Source of the DNA: Planctomycetes bacterium ADurb.Bin069
Lineage (GTDB): Bacteria; Planctomycetota; UBA8108; UBA8890; UBA8898
Direction: 5' to 3'
NCBI GenBank assembly: GCA_002070955.1
Contig: MWEK01000007.1
Location: 78,574 to 142,573 of the forward strand
DNA: 64,000 nt
In this document: piece by piece, positions 35,349 to 45,900 of the stretch
Layout of the letters: every line of letters starts with the position of its first letter
Numbering within the stretch: position 1 is the first letter of the stretch
The notes under the pieces: model-generated
What the model was told of the DNA's origin: nothing
Databases searched by the model: none
What the model saw: only the letters and a program-made list of their open reading frames with translations
Position numbers and translations under genes: made by a program

Positions 35349-37241
35349 TTACTTCGGCGCGATCCGCAGCTCCTTGCGCTCCCGGTCCATAAGCACGTTG
35401 AAGTGCTTCAGGAAGTTGAGTCCGAGAAGGCCCACCGGACTTTCGCCCGGGTTGTGCGGCAGATCCAGGACGAGCGCGTCGAGCGGGCCGACGCTGAGCG
35501 GCCCCAGCGCCACCGCATCCAGCGTGATCACCGGCGCCTCCGTGACCCCCGACGCCGTGGCGATCCTCACCCGCGACGCGTTCTGAAGCGCGAAGCCCAG
35601 TTGCACGGCGGCCCACGACGGCAGCGCCGTGTACGTCGCGCCGGTATCTAGGATGCACGGCACGTCGAGGCGCCCGTTGCACCGCACGACCGTACGGATC
35701 GTCCCGTGGCCGTCCCCGAGGGGTATGGAAACGACGTCCCGCTCCGCCGCCAGGCGGCGCCGCGCCTCCTCGATCAGCGCCGCAAGGTCGGGATCGGCGC
35801 GGATGGCGTAGGCCTCTTCCCATGCCGCGAGCGCTTCGGTCCAGCGCCGCTCCTTGAAGAGAACCGCGCCGAGTTCGGCGCGGAGATTGACGCTCGCGGG
35901 CAGGTCCTCCGCGCCCTCGGCCAGAATCGCGATCGCCTCGGCGGTCTTGAGCGCGGCGGCGAGCTGCAGGTAACGCTCCTCCAAAAGGGGCCAGCGCCGC
36001 GTCCAGAGATCGTCATCCAGCGCCAGGGCGGCGCGCGTGTGCTCGAGCGCGGCCTCCAGGCGCCCCAAAGCCGCCTCTTCGCGCGCGAGCATCAAGAGCA
36101 GCTCCTTGCTGGCGGGAAGCAGCCGCAACCCCTCGGCGAGCACGGCGCAGGCCTCTTCGAAATCGCCCCGCGCGCCGCTCTCCCCCGCCCATTTCAGATA
36201 CGCGGCGGCGAGCGCCTCGCTCATGAGCGGCCCCGTCAGGAGGGCCCGAAAATCCGCGCGTTTCCTGATCGCCTCGCCGAACGCCCTCGCGGCCGCGGCC
36301 CATTCGCCGGACGCGAAGGCCCGGCGGCCGGCGCAGAACGCTTCGTACGGCGACCCCTCCCAGACCTGCTCCCGCCACGCCGCGACCGCCATGCCCCGCG
36401 TCAGCCGATAGCCGGCCACCGACCCGAAGAGCTGAACTTCGGCCAAACCGCGCGTATACCAGGCGACCCCCGCAACCGCCTCGCCGTCGAGGAGGAATCC
36501 GGCTTCCGGCGCGGTCTTGACCGCGAAGATCGGCAGCCGTTCCAGGCCGTAGGCGCGGAGCTCTTCGACCACGGCGCTGACCTTATGCCTGTCGCTGGAC
36601 GCCAGCACGACCTCCTCGCCGGGAACGACGGCGCCCACGGCGAAGCCGGAGCCTTCTTCTGAGAAGGGCAGCAGGCAGTAGCCGCGCTCAAGATCCCAGC
36701 CCACGGTTTCGGCCACCGAAAGCGAACCCGCGCTCCACATGATCTGCAGCGCGGCGGCCGGCGACGCGAGCGCCTCGACGGCGCACAGGACCACGCCGCC
36801 CTCGAGAACGACCCCGGGGAACGAGAAACTCGCCCTGCCGGCTTCGTCGCGGCCGACGACCACGACCCAGCGGACCGGTCCCTCTTCCTCGATGGCCGCG
36901 GCGGGCGCCTCGGTAGTGAGAACGGTGCTTTCGAGGGGCGGGGCCACGGCAACGCCCGGATCCGACGGAGGCCGCTGCACTCCGGCGGGCTCCGACCCTC
37001 GCGCGCCGGTCCCCGCGGCGGGAGCCGCGACACCGGGGACCACCGGCGGCGGCGTCTCCGCGCCGCCGCGCAGGAACAGCACCGCGGCGGCCGCGGCAAC
37101 GAGCGCCGCGCCCCCGAACCACAAGACCCGCGCTCGGCCGCGGGGGGGAGCGACCCCCTTGAGCGGCGACCCGCACTGGTCGCAGAACACCGCCGCTTCT
37201 TCGTTGAAGCTGCCGCAGCGCGGGCACGCCGTGCGCGCCAT
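35349..37241 (-). CDS. membrane protein: N-terminal zinc ribbon, TM helix, unassigned beta-rich region, TPR-like repeats, C-terminal retropepsin-like aspartyl protease
   Basis: MARTACPRCGSFNEEAAVFCDQCGSPL zinc ribbon. VLWFGGAALVAAAAAVLFL TM helix. TPR-like helices. C-terminal VPCILDTGATYTALP ... GLLGLNFLKHFNVLMD (clan AA protease signature). GGAGG Shine-Dalgarno before the ATG. Confidence 0.75.
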   Translation of the reverse strand: MARTACPRCGSFNEEAAVFCDQCGSPLKGVAPPRGRARVLWFGGAALVAAAAAVLFLRGGAETPPPVVPGVAAPAAGTGARGSEPAGVQRPPSDPGVAVAPPLESTVLTTEAPAAAIEEEGPVRWVVVVGRDEAGRASFSFPGVVLEGGVVLCAVEALASPAAALQIMWSAGSLSVAETVGWDLERGYCLLPFSEEGSGFAVGAVVPGEEVVLASSDRHKVSAVVEELRAYGLERLPIFAVKTAPEAGFLLDGEAVAGVAWYTRGLAEVQLFGSVAGYRLTRGMAVAAWREQVWEGSPYEAFCAGRRAFASGEWAAAARAFGEAIRKRADFRALLTGPLMSEALAAAYLKWAGESGARGDFEEACAVLAEGLRLLPASKELLLMLAREEAALGRLEAALEHTRAALALDDDLWTRRWPLLEERYLQLAAALKTAEAIAILAEGAEDLPASVNLRAELGAVLFKERRWTEALAAWEEAYAIRADPDLAALIEEARRRLAAERDVVSIPLGDGHGTIRTVVRCNGRLDVPCILDTGATYTALPSWAAVQLGFALQNASRVRIATASGVTEAPVITLDAVALGPLSVGPLDALVLDLPHNPGESPVGLLGLNFLKHFNVLMDRERKELRIAPK

Positions 37242-37258
37242 GCGATACCTCCGGGGTT

Positions 37259-37264
37259 ATTATA
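37259..37264 (-). promoter_or_regulatory. perfect TATAAT box just upstream of the Zn-ribbon/protease gene
   Basis: On the minus strand: TATAAT (37264-37259), then aaccccGGAGGtatcgcATG. No convincing -35, so it would give a very short leader. Confidence 0.3.
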
Positions 37265-37329
37265 GCGGACCGCCGGTGCGGATTGCGCTGTCTTGCCGCG
37301 GGTTCCCGCCGCGGGCGGACGCCTGCTCC

Positions 37330-37359
37330 TTGACTGCCCGGTCATGGGCGCGCTAAGGT
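37330..37359 (+). promoter_or_regulatory. sigma70-like promoter for the double-FAD oxidoreductase gene
   Basis: TTGACT (37330-37335), 18 nt, TAAGGT (37354-37359). GGAGGA (37370-37375) lies 4 nt before ATG 37380. Confidence 0.35.
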
Positions 37360-37379
37360 CGATGGCGCAGGAGGATCCC

Positions 37380-40300
37380 ATGCGCACGCCCCCATACGCG
37401 CTTCTGGCCGCCGCGGCGCTGCTTCTCACCCCCGCGAAGGCGCGCAACGCCGCCTTCGTCAACGAATCCGAACGCGCCCTTCCCTGCGCCGCCGAGACGG
37501 ATATCGTCATCGCCGGCGGCGGCACGGGCGCGGTGGCCGCCGCCGTTGCCGCCCGCGAGGCCGGCGCGCGGGTGTTCCTCGTCGCGCCGCACCCCTACCT
37601 CGGCGAGGACATGACCGCGACGCTCAGGCTCTGGCTCGAACCCGGCGAGAAGCCCGACACTCCGCTCGCCGAGCGGATCTTCGCGGGCCGCTCCGCCGAT
37701 CCGCTCGCGCTGGAGTCCGACCGCCTCGTTCCCTTCACTTACCAGGCGGATCGCCCCTCGGCGGGGGTTCACAAGGACACCGCGCCGCCGTCGCTCCTCA
37801 GGGACGGCGCCTGGCATTCGGCGGCGCGCCAGAGCGTCCAGTACGACGGGGGCGTGCGCCTGCTCCTCAAGCTGGCCGCCGAGGAGGACGTCGAGTTCGT
37901 GTGTGTCCTGGCCTATCACCGCGCCGACTACCGCCTCGGCGGCGTTCGGGCCGACGCGAGCCCGGATGGGCGCACCTGGACCGAGACCGGGCGCGCCGTC
38001 AACGAGGCTCTCGACCAGGATTCGGTCGACGTCCCGGCCGTGCCTATCGCCGTCAAGGTGGAGACGCGCGCGCGCTACCTCGCCCTCGCGATCGACCCCG
38101 CGCCCAACGCCGCGCGCGTGCTCATTGGCGAGATTCTCGTCGTCCGGCCGGGGCCGGTCCACGCGCCGACGCCCGTCGCCCCCGCCCGGCCGCTGCAGGT
38201 CAAGAAGATTCTCGATGCGGCCCTCGTGGCGGCCAAGGTGGACTTCCTGTACTCGAGCTACGTCACCGACGTCCTGCGCGGCGCCGGCGGCGAGCTCTGC
38301 GGCGTCGCCATCGCCAATCGCGGCGGCCGCCAAGCGATCAAGGCCAAGGTCATTATCGACGCCACCGACCGCGCCTGGGTCGCCCGCATGGCCGGCGCGC
38401 GCTTCAGGCCTTTTCCCGCGGGAACCCATGCCCTGGGACGCGTCGTCATCGGCGGAAAGCCCCGCGAGGGTCCCGGCCTTGCGGTCCGCGAGATCCGCCC
38501 GCCGTACACCGAGCAGGGCGTCGCCTACAGCATCTTCGACTACACCCTGACCCTGCCCCTTGCCGGCGGCGACTACGCCTCCCTGGCGGCGGCGGAGGCG
38601 GCCGCGCGAGGCCTGACATACGATCCCGGCCAGAGGTTCACCTCCGACGTGTTCTTCCAGGTGCCGCCCGACCCCATGCACGGCGAGGCGGAGGACGGCG
38701 GGGGCGGCGGCGCCCTCGACCTCTCGGCCCTCAAGCCCGCCGGCGTCCCGCGCATGTTCGTTCTGGGCGGCTGCGCCGATGTTTCGCGGGCCGCGGCGGC
38801 CAGACTCCTGCGCCCTTGCGCGCTGATGGCCCTCGGGGAGCGGGTGGGCCGGGCGGCGGCCGAGGAAGCGCGCGCCATCGCCGCCGCCGAGGCGCCGCGC
38901 CTTCGCGGCGCCAAGTGCGCCGAGGCGCCGCGCGGCGATGTCCGTGAAATCCTGGCGGGGCTGCGCCCCGCCGCCGAGCGCGATCTCGTCGACGTCGTCG
39001 TGCAGGAGCCGCGCGCGCTCCCCATCCTCGGCGAGTTCGACGTCGTCGTCGCCGGCGGAGGAACCAGCGGGGCGCCGGCGGGTATCGCCGCGGCGCGCCG
39101 CGGCGCCCGCACCCTCGTTGTGGAGTTCCTGCACGGCCTGGGCGGCGTGGGAACTTACGGCGCCATCTCCAAGTACTACTGGGGAAACCGCGTGGGCTTC
39201 AGCGCCGAAGTGGCGGGCGGCGCTTCCTGGGAGATCGAGCAGAAAGCCGAATGGTGGCGCGCGACGCTGGCCGCGGCCGGCGCGGACATTTGGTTCGGCG
39301 CCATGGGCTGCGGCGTTTTCGCCCATCGCGACCGCATCCTCGGCGTCGTGGTCGCCACGCCCGCCGGCCGCGGCGTCGTCCTGTGCAAAACGCTCGTCGA
39401 CGCCACCGGCAACGCCGACCTGGCCGCCGCGGCCGGCGTCCCCTGCGTCACGACGGACGCCCTCGAGCTGGCCGTCCAGGGCACGGGCCTGCCGCCGCGC
39501 AAGCTCGGCGCCGGTTACACCAACACCGACTTCACCATCGTCGATGAGACCGATGCCCTCGATGTCTGGCACGTCCTCGTTTACGCGAAGATCCTGGCCG
39601 GAGACGCCTTCGACCTGGGAAGTCTGATCGACACGCGCGAGCGCCGCCGCATCGCCGGCGAGGCGACGCTGACAATTCTCGACCAGTTGAACCGGCGCAC
39701 CTTTCCGGACACGATCGTCGCAACCTATTCGGACTTCGACACCCACGGATACACGGTCGATCCGTACTTCACCCTCAGCCACCCGCCCGCCGGGGAAGGC
39801 CACCGCACGAACATTCCCTACCGCGCGCTCCTCCCGAAGGGCGTCGACGGCCTGATCGTCGCGGGATTGGGCATCAGCGCCCACCGCGACGCGCTGCCGC
39901 TTATCCGCATGCAGCCCGATCTCCAAAACCTGGGCTACGCCGCGGGCGTCGCCGCGGCCATGGCCGCCGCCGCCGGCGGCAACGTGCGCGCCATCGACGT
40001 GCGCGAACTCCAGGCGCACTTGGTGGCGAAGGGCAACCTGCCCGCCCAGGTGCTCACGGACCGGGACTCGTATCCCCTGCCGCCCGAGCGCATCGCGCAG
40101 GCCGTCGCCGCCGCCGCCGACGACTGCAAGGACGCCGCCGTGATTCTGGCCCATCGGGAGGAGGCGCTCCCGCTGCTCCTCGAAGCCTACGGGTCGGCCG
40201 CGGAACCCGCGGCCAAGCTGGCCTACGCCCGCATCCTGGCCGTGCTCGGCGATCCCGCGGGCCTGGAGACGATTCTGGCCGCGGTGGAGGCCTTTCCCGG

Positions 40301-40787
40301 GCTCGACAAGGGCTGGCGCTACACGAGCCAGGGCCAATTCGGCCCGAACCTGAGCCCGCTCGACCGCCTCATCTACGCCCTCGGGCGCCTGCGGGCGCCG
40401 CGGGCCGTCCCGGCGATCCTGGCCAAGCTGGCGCTCCTCACGCCGGAAAGCGAGTTCTCGCATTTCCGCGCCGCCGCGCTCGCCCTGGAGTCCATCGGCG
40501 ATCCCGCCGCCGCGCCCGCCCTCGCCCGCGTGCTCGCGCTCCCCGGCATGCAGGGCCACGATATCCCCACCATCGAGCGGGCCCTCGCCGCGGCCGCCGA
40601 GCGGCCGAACCTGAACGACACCGAGGGCCGCAACATGGCCCTCCGCGAACTGATGCTCGGGCGGGCGCTCTTGCGCTGCGGCGACAAGGACGGGCTCGGA
40701 AAGGCGATTCTGACCCGCTACGCGAAGGATCTGCGCGGCCACCTCGCGCGTCACGCCGCCGCGGTCCTGCGGGGCCCGGAGCGCTGA
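37380..40787 (+). CDS. secreted FAD-dependent oxidoreductase with two Rossmann FAD motifs, a discoidin/F5-8C-like insert and C-terminal HEAT repeats
   Basis: Signal peptide MRTPPYALLAAAALLLTPAKA. DIVIAGGGTGAVAAAVAAREAG and DVVVAGGGTSGAPAGIAAARRG. The insert ...ASPDGRTWTETG...ARYLALAIDP...IGEILVV resembles discoidin-type CBMs. C-terminal LGDPAGLETIL / IGDPAAAPALARVL HEAT-like repeats. Confidence 0.75.
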   Translation: MRTPPYALLAAAALLLTPAKARNAAFVNESERALPCAAETDIVIAGGGTGAVAAAVAAREAGARVFLVAPHPYLGEDMTATLRLWLEPGEKPDTPLAERIFAGRSADPLALESDRLVPFTYQADRPSAGVHKDTAPPSLLRDGAWHSAARQSVQYDGGVRLLLKLAAEEDVEFVCVLAYHRADYRLGGVRADASPDGRTWTETGRAVNEALDQDSVDVPAVPIAVKVETRARYLALAIDPAPNAARVLIGEILVVRPGPVHAPTPVAPARPLQVKKILDAALVAAKVDFLYSSYVTDVLRGAGGELCGVAIANRGGRQAIKAKVIIDATDRAWVARMAGARFRPFPAGTHALGRVVIGGKPREGPGLAVREIRPPYTEQGVAYSIFDYTLTLPLAGGDYASLAAAEAAARGLTYDPGQRFTSDVFFQVPPDPMHGEAEDGGGGGALDLSALKPAGVPRMFVLGGCADVSRAAAARLLRPCALMALGERVGRAAAEEARAIAAAEAPRLRGAKCAEAPRGDVREILAGLRPAAERDLVDVVVQEPRALPILGEFDVVVAGGGTSGAPAGIAAARRGARTLVVEFLHGLGGVGTYGAISKYYWGNRVGFSAEVAGGASWEIEQKAEWWRATLAAAGADIWFGAMGCGVFAHRDRILGVVVATPAGRGVVLCKTLVDATGNADLAAAAGVPCVTTDALELAVQGTGLPPRKLGAGYTNTDFTIVDETDALDVWHVLVYAKILAGDAFDLGSLIDTRERRRIAGEATLTILDQLNRRTFPDTIVATYSDFDTHGYTVDPYFTLSHPPAGEGHRTNIPYRALLPKGVDGLIVAGLGISAHRDALPLIRMQPDLQNLGYAAGVAAAMAAAAGGNVRAIDVRELQAHLVAKGNLPAQVLTDRDSYPLPPERIAQAVAAAADDCKDAAVILAHREEALPLLLEAYGSAAEPAAKLAYARILAVLGDPAGLETILAAVEAFPGLDKGWRYTSQGQFGPNLSPLDRLIYALGRLRAPRAVPAILAKLALLTPESEFSHFRAAALALESIGDPAAAPALARVLALPGMQGHDIPTIERALAAAAERPNLNDTEGRNMALRELMLGRALLRCGDKDGLGKAILTRYAKDLRGHLARHAAAVLRGPER

Positions 40788-40816
40788 CCGGCGGCCGCGG
40801 GCGCGGCGCCGCCCGC

Positions 40817-42727
40817 TCACAGCGACAGAAGATACTCGACCAGCGCCGCGATGTCCTCCGCGGACAGGGTCGACGTCACGCCGTGCTTGTCCTGCGCGTT
40901 GCGCGCGGTCAGCACGTCCTCCAAGGTCAGCGCCGAACCGTCGTGAAGAAACGGCCCCGTGCGCCACACCTCGTAGAGCGTGGGCGTATCGAACTCGTCC
41001 GACGAGTCGAACTCGCCCTTGGTGCCGACGTCGTACGACCGCTTGTCGGTGAGAAACGGTCCGTTGTGGCAGTCCGCGCACCGCGTCGCCGGGCTTTCGA
41101 AAAGCTCCTTGCCGCGCCGGGCGCGTTCGGTGAGGCCGCCGCCGGGAGCGCGGTAAGGGCTGGGGACCGGCCGCAGCGATCGGATGTAGGCCTCGACGGC
41201 CTCCAGTTCCTCCGGCGACGGCTCGCGGAAGAGGATATGCACGAAGCCCGCCCGCGCCGCCACCTCCATGCTGGCCCGCACGCCCAGCGCCATGGCGGGC
41301 GGCGTCTCGTGGGAATACAGCAGGGATTTGGTGTTCTTGGGGTTGCCGATGCCGTCGTTCAAGAGATCCCAGTTGAGCCCGTCGGCGCGGCCGCCGTTGG
41401 GGTGGCAGGTGGCGCAGCTCAGCCACTGCTGGAAGCAGTAGGTCGCGTCGTGGAAGATCATCTCGCCGCGGCGCACGCGGTCCGGAGGGGGCGCGGAGCC
41501 GAGGGGTATCGACTTGGCGACGGCGACTCGGGCGGTGTCGACGAAATCGACCTGGCCGGAGAAATACGCCGCGACGGCCAGCGTCTTCTCGTCGGGGCTC
41601 AGGGCGATGCCGCGGGGCCCGTTGCCCGCGATCGGACGCTTCTCGATCAGCCCGGCCACGTAGAGCGCCGTCAGGTCGTTCGCCAGCAGCTCCAGATGCT
41701 TGGGGTCCTCCTTGACCATGAGCCACGTGTTCTGGGCGCCGTAGATCGCGTTCTCGTTCTTCGCCAAATGCTCGCGCCCCGTCATGTCCCCGGCCAGCAG
41801 CTTGTGCAGGCCCGCGACATCCACCCGCGCCACGCGGTGGACGCCGCTCAACGAAATCCACAGGGTCGCGCCATCCCGCGACAGCGCCGCGCCGAAGGGC
41901 TCGGCGGCGCCCTGCGCGGGGTGGTCAAGCAGCATGGTGGCCAGATGCCTTTTCCCCCGCAGATCGATCACCGAGAGCGCGTTCGTGTTCACCCAGCCGC
42001 GATCGAGCTGCGTCGTCGGCAGGCTGAAGCGGCCCAGGGTGTGAACGACGTAGGCCCAGGCCCCGTCGGGCGACACCGCGACGCCCCTGAGGAGCACCGA
42101 ACCGGCCGGCAGGCGCACGTCGGTGCGGCGCGGCTCCCCGTCGAACTCCACGATGCTCACGGCGCAGGACGCCGCGGGGTCGGTCGCGGGCGTGCACGGC
42201 AGCAGGTTCGTGACGACGGCCAGCCGCCCGTCGGGCGTCGCCGCCACACCGAAGGGCTCTCTAAGCCCATCCACCGTGCGGCGCAGGCCCCCGCTCTCGG
42301 CATCGATCGCCAGAAGCTTGCCGCGGGCATGATCGGTCACGAGGAGCGATGTCCCGGCGACCGCGATGCCGAGGGGGTTGAACCCGGCCTCGAAGCGCCG
42401 CGCCACCGTCCAAGTCCCCGCCTCGATCTCGGCGACGCAGCCTCCGCCGCCCTCGACGGCGTACAGCTTCTTCCCGTCCGCCGACCACGCCACGCCCGCC
42501 CCGCCCGCGGCCAGAGGCACGCTGCGGACGACGCCGCCCGAAGCCGCGTCGATAATGGCGACGGCGTTCGCGGTGAAGTCCGTGACGGCGAGCACGGCGC
42601 CGTCAGGCGCAAAAGCGACGCCCCAGGGCGAGCGATACGGCGCGGGGGCGTCCGCGCCGCCCAGACCCACGCCAATGGCGAGCGCCGCAACGACACGCAT
42701 GCATTTTCTCCCGGTAAACGCCTTCAT
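40817..42727 (-). CDS. beta-propeller (YVTN-type) fused to di-haem cytochrome c peroxidase/MauG-like domain
   Basis: Signal peptide MKAFTGRKCMRVVAALAIGVGLGGADA. Repeated propeller blades. Two haem sites, SCATCHPNGG and RCADCHNGPF. GGAGAA Shine-Dalgarno before the ATG. Confidence 0.8.
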   Translation of the reverse strand: MKAFTGRKCMRVVAALAIGVGLGGADAPAPYRSPWGVAFAPDGAVLAVTDFTANAVAIIDAASGGVVRSVPLAAGGAGVAWSADGKKLYAVEGGGGCVAEIEAGTWTVARRFEAGFNPLGIAVAGTSLLVTDHARGKLLAIDAESGGLRRTVDGLREPFGVAATPDGRLAVVTNLLPCTPATDPAASCAVSIVEFDGEPRRTDVRLPAGSVLLRGVAVSPDGAWAYVVHTLGRFSLPTTQLDRGWVNTNALSVIDLRGKRHLATMLLDHPAQGAAEPFGAALSRDGATLWISLSGVHRVARVDVAGLHKLLAGDMTGREHLAKNENAIYGAQNTWLMVKEDPKHLELLANDLTALYVAGLIEKRPIAGNGPRGIALSPDEKTLAVAAYFSGQVDFVDTARVAVAKSIPLGSAPPPDRVRRGEMIFHDATYCFQQWLSCATCHPNGGRADGLNWDLLNDGIGNPKNTKSLLYSHETPPAMALGVRASMEVAARAGFVHILFREPSPEELEAVEAYIRSLRPVPSPYRAPGGGLTERARRGKELFESPATRCADCHNGPFLTDKRSYDVGTKGEFDSSDEFDTPTLYEVWRTGPFLHDGSALTLEDVLTARNAQDKHGVTSTLSAEDIAALVEYLLSL

Positions 42728-42769
42728 GGTCGTTCTCCGTGCCGCGGGTCAAGAAGATGTCAAAAAACC

Positions 42770-42798
42770 ATCGTACTTCCCGCGGCCGCGCCCTTCAA
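42770..42798 (-). promoter_or_regulatory. sigma70-like promoter for the propeller-peroxidase gene
   Basis: On the minus strand: TTGAAG (42798-42793), 17 nt, TACGAT (42775-42770). Confidence 0.35.
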
Positions 42799-42840
42799 TC
42801 CCGTCCCCCGCGTCCCCGGGCGCCGCGCCCGGATGCCAAA

Positions 42841-42876
42841 GCGAGAGGCCCGGGCCGGCGGGCCCGGGCCTCTCGC
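42841..42876 (-). terminator. perfect 16-bp GC hairpin after the giant lectin gene
   Basis: GCGAGAGGCCCGGGCC (42841-42856), 4-nt loop, GGCCCGGGCCTCTCGC (42861-42876). On the minus strand it is followed by TTTGG. It lies 25 nt past the TAA stop at 42901-42903. Confidence 0.6.
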
Positions 42877-42900
42877 GGCCGCGATTCCGTCACGCAACTC

Positions 42901-45900
42901 TTACAACTTGCACTGCGTCGCGCAAGGCGGCAGGCCGCTTACCTGCGCCGGGAAGTATGGAACGTTTTTCCCGTCCACGCCATCGGCGGCATAGCCCTTG
43001 CAGACGTTGTTGGCTGCCGTGATGCCGCTGCCGTCGGGGGCGGTCATCGCCTGCCCGCTGAAAAGGAAGCCGAGGATCTTGACCGCGTCGGCGATGTTGA
43101 GGGCGTTGTCGTCGTTGGCATCAGCGGCCTTCGCGCAGGCGGGCGGTTTCCCGCCGGCGAAGAGGTACTGGAGGAGCGCGACCGCATCGGCGATGTTGAC
43201 GTTGGCGTCGCCGTTGACGTTGCCCATCCAGACGTTGATGCGCGTCGACGGCTCGCCGCCGCACGCGGTCTTGTCCGTCGCCACGGTGAGGCCGTGCACG
43301 AAGGGCGTCACGCCATCGCTCTCCCGCAGGGCAACGCCGAAGTTCCAGGCATCGCCGGCCTCGAAGATCTTGGCCATCACGCGGTGGACGCCCGGCGCCA
43401 GATCGACGGGCAGACTCAAGTCCTGGTAACCGCCCCAACCGCGCAGAACGGGCGAGAAGATCACCTGGTCGCCATCGACGAGCACCTGCAGCGCGTCATC
43501 GCTCCCGGCCGCGAACACCACCTCCACGTGCTCCCGGACGCACAGATACGCCACGGCGTAGGCCATGACGTTGTCCACGTCAGGGGTGACCGCGCCCACA
43601 TAGAGGTTGGCGGACTGCAAGTTGATGTGCCCGTCGCGGCCGCGCCAGGGGAACCACGTCGGAACGCCGTCGGGGTTGATGGCGGGATTCACGACCTCGA
43701 CAAGACCGATGGAAGCGGCGGCGGCGGAATAATCCGTCTCCACGGTGTCGCCCGCCGCCGGCATGACGTCCTCCTCGGTGATCGAGATGCCGTCGGTCAG
43801 GAAGTCCCGCTGCAGGTCTTCGGCGGAGACGATCCCGCCGGGCGGGGTGAACGACTGCATGTAGGGGCCCAGCAGGAGCCAACCGACGATCGTGCCGTCA
43901 TCGCGGAGGATCGCGTTCGTCTGCAGCTCCGCCTCGCCGTCCACCGGGAACGTATTCGGGTTGCCGGTTTCGGTGATGCTGCCGCGGAAAACTATTCCGC
44001 TGAACGTCGCGGCCCCCCTAGCCTTGTAGGACAGAACCTTGCCCTCGGCGACGGCGGCGGGCGCGAGAGTCCAGGTCACGGCTCCGCCCGAGAACACGCC
44101 GCCGTCGCTCACGTCCGTGGCCGTCCAACCCGCGGGCGGCACGTCTTTGATCGTGATGGTTCGAAGGGCCGGACAGTCGGCGTCCGCTTGACGAACGGCG
44201 AGCAACTTCAGAGCCACGTCCACGACGTCGCCCTCGCGGTACATGGGCTCTTCGGCGCCTTCGATCATACCCGTGCCGTAGCCGTCGAAGGACCGCAGCG
44301 CGGTGCACGGCGGGCAGTCGGTGGGCGGCCGAGTCGTGATCTTGAAGTTCGTGAAGGGCACGCCCGCCGCGTTCTGCAAGCGAACGCCGAAGTTCCAGCC
44401 CCCCCCGCCCTCGAAGGCCTTGACCATGAGCCGGTGCCAGCCGGTGAGCACGATCTGAGGCAACGACACGTCCAGCGGCGCGCCGCCGCCCCACCCGCGG
44501 GCGATGCTGTTGATCCAGACCTCGCGGTTGTCCAACAGGATCTGAATGGAGTCATCGCTGCCGCAGGCGAAGTAGATCTGCTGGTTCGCCGGCACGTGGA
44601 AGTAGCACACGGCATAGGCCATGCAGTCGTCCTGCGCGTTGTAGAGCATGGGCGATTCAAAATCGATCGCCTCGTTGGCGGCGCGCCAGTCGACCCACAT
44701 GGGGATTCCGTTGGGATTGACGCCGCGCGCCGTCCCTCCCCGCAGCCCCTGGGAGAAGGCCGCGCCCGGCGCGTAATCCGTCGCGACCTCGGTGCCGGGA
44801 CGCGCCTCGACCTCGAGTTCGCTGACCGCCCCGTCGGTGAGATAATCCATCCGCATGTTGACGTTGCCGGGGTTGTCGCCTCCGGGGTAGTAGGGACCGA
44901 GGATCGCCCAGGTGGTGATGAAGCCCGTCAAGGAATAAGGCGAGTCGGTGAAAAACGCGCTTTGGCCCTCGATGGTGAAGGACACGATGTTGCCCGCCTC
45001 GACCACGCCACCCGCCAATTCCATCCGGTTCGCCTTCGTCGGGCCTGTCGTCGTGTAGGAGAGCTTGGTCGTGGCGGCAAGCTGCGCGGGCGACAGGTTC
45101 CACGTGATCCGGCCCCCCGCGAAGACGCCGCCGCCCGTTATGTTCGCGACGGTCCAGCCCGCCGGCACGTACTCGGTGATCGTCGTCGCCGCGGCGGGGC
45201 CGCATTCCCCGGCGGCGCGCACCCGGCTCAGATTGAGGTCGACGGCCAGCTCGCTGCCCTTGAGGTACGCGGGCGTCAGCTCGCCGTTGATGTAGAGCGT
45301 GCCAGCCTCCTTGATAACCCGCGTCACGACCACCGGCGGGATCTCGCAGCCTCCGGCGGGCGGCGAGGTGCTGAGCTCGATGCCCGTCGTGATCGGATTG
45401 CCCGCCGCGTCCTCGATTCTAAGCCTGAAGATAAAGGCGCCGCCGCCTTCGAAAGTCTTCACCATAATCCGGTTGAGACCGGGGTTGATGACGGCCGGGA
45501 ACCGGTCCTGGACCTCCCCCGGATTGCCGCTTCCCCGGGCAATGCTATGGTTCCAGACGCTCCGTCCGTTGAGAATGACCTGGATGCAGTCGTCGCTTGC
45601 GACCCCCATGTTGCCGAAAATCGCGCTTCCCGTGGTGTTGTTGGCATAGACGAGGGCGTAGGCCATGGCATTGTTGATGTCGTCGTCCAGGTTGTCGCTG
45701 AAGACGTCGTCGTCGAAGTTGATGGAGTCGTCCCGGTCGTTCCACGCGAACCAGGTGGGGATGCCCCCCGGATTCACGTCCGGCCGGATCGGCGTGGGGA
45801 TGAGACCGCTGCTGGCGGCCGCGCCGCCGTAATCCGGCTCGATCGAGTCCCCTTCCTTCGGGAACCAGGTCAGCTCGCTCACGTCGCCGTCGGTGAGGAA

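Noticed and set aside
37353-41861. 1502-aa minus-strand ORF across the FAD oxidoreductase and into the peroxidase gene
   Set aside because: It is antisense shadow of the 37380-40787 gene and out of frame with the real 40817-42727 gene. The product is Arg/Gly/Ala/Asp-rich low complexity without domains.
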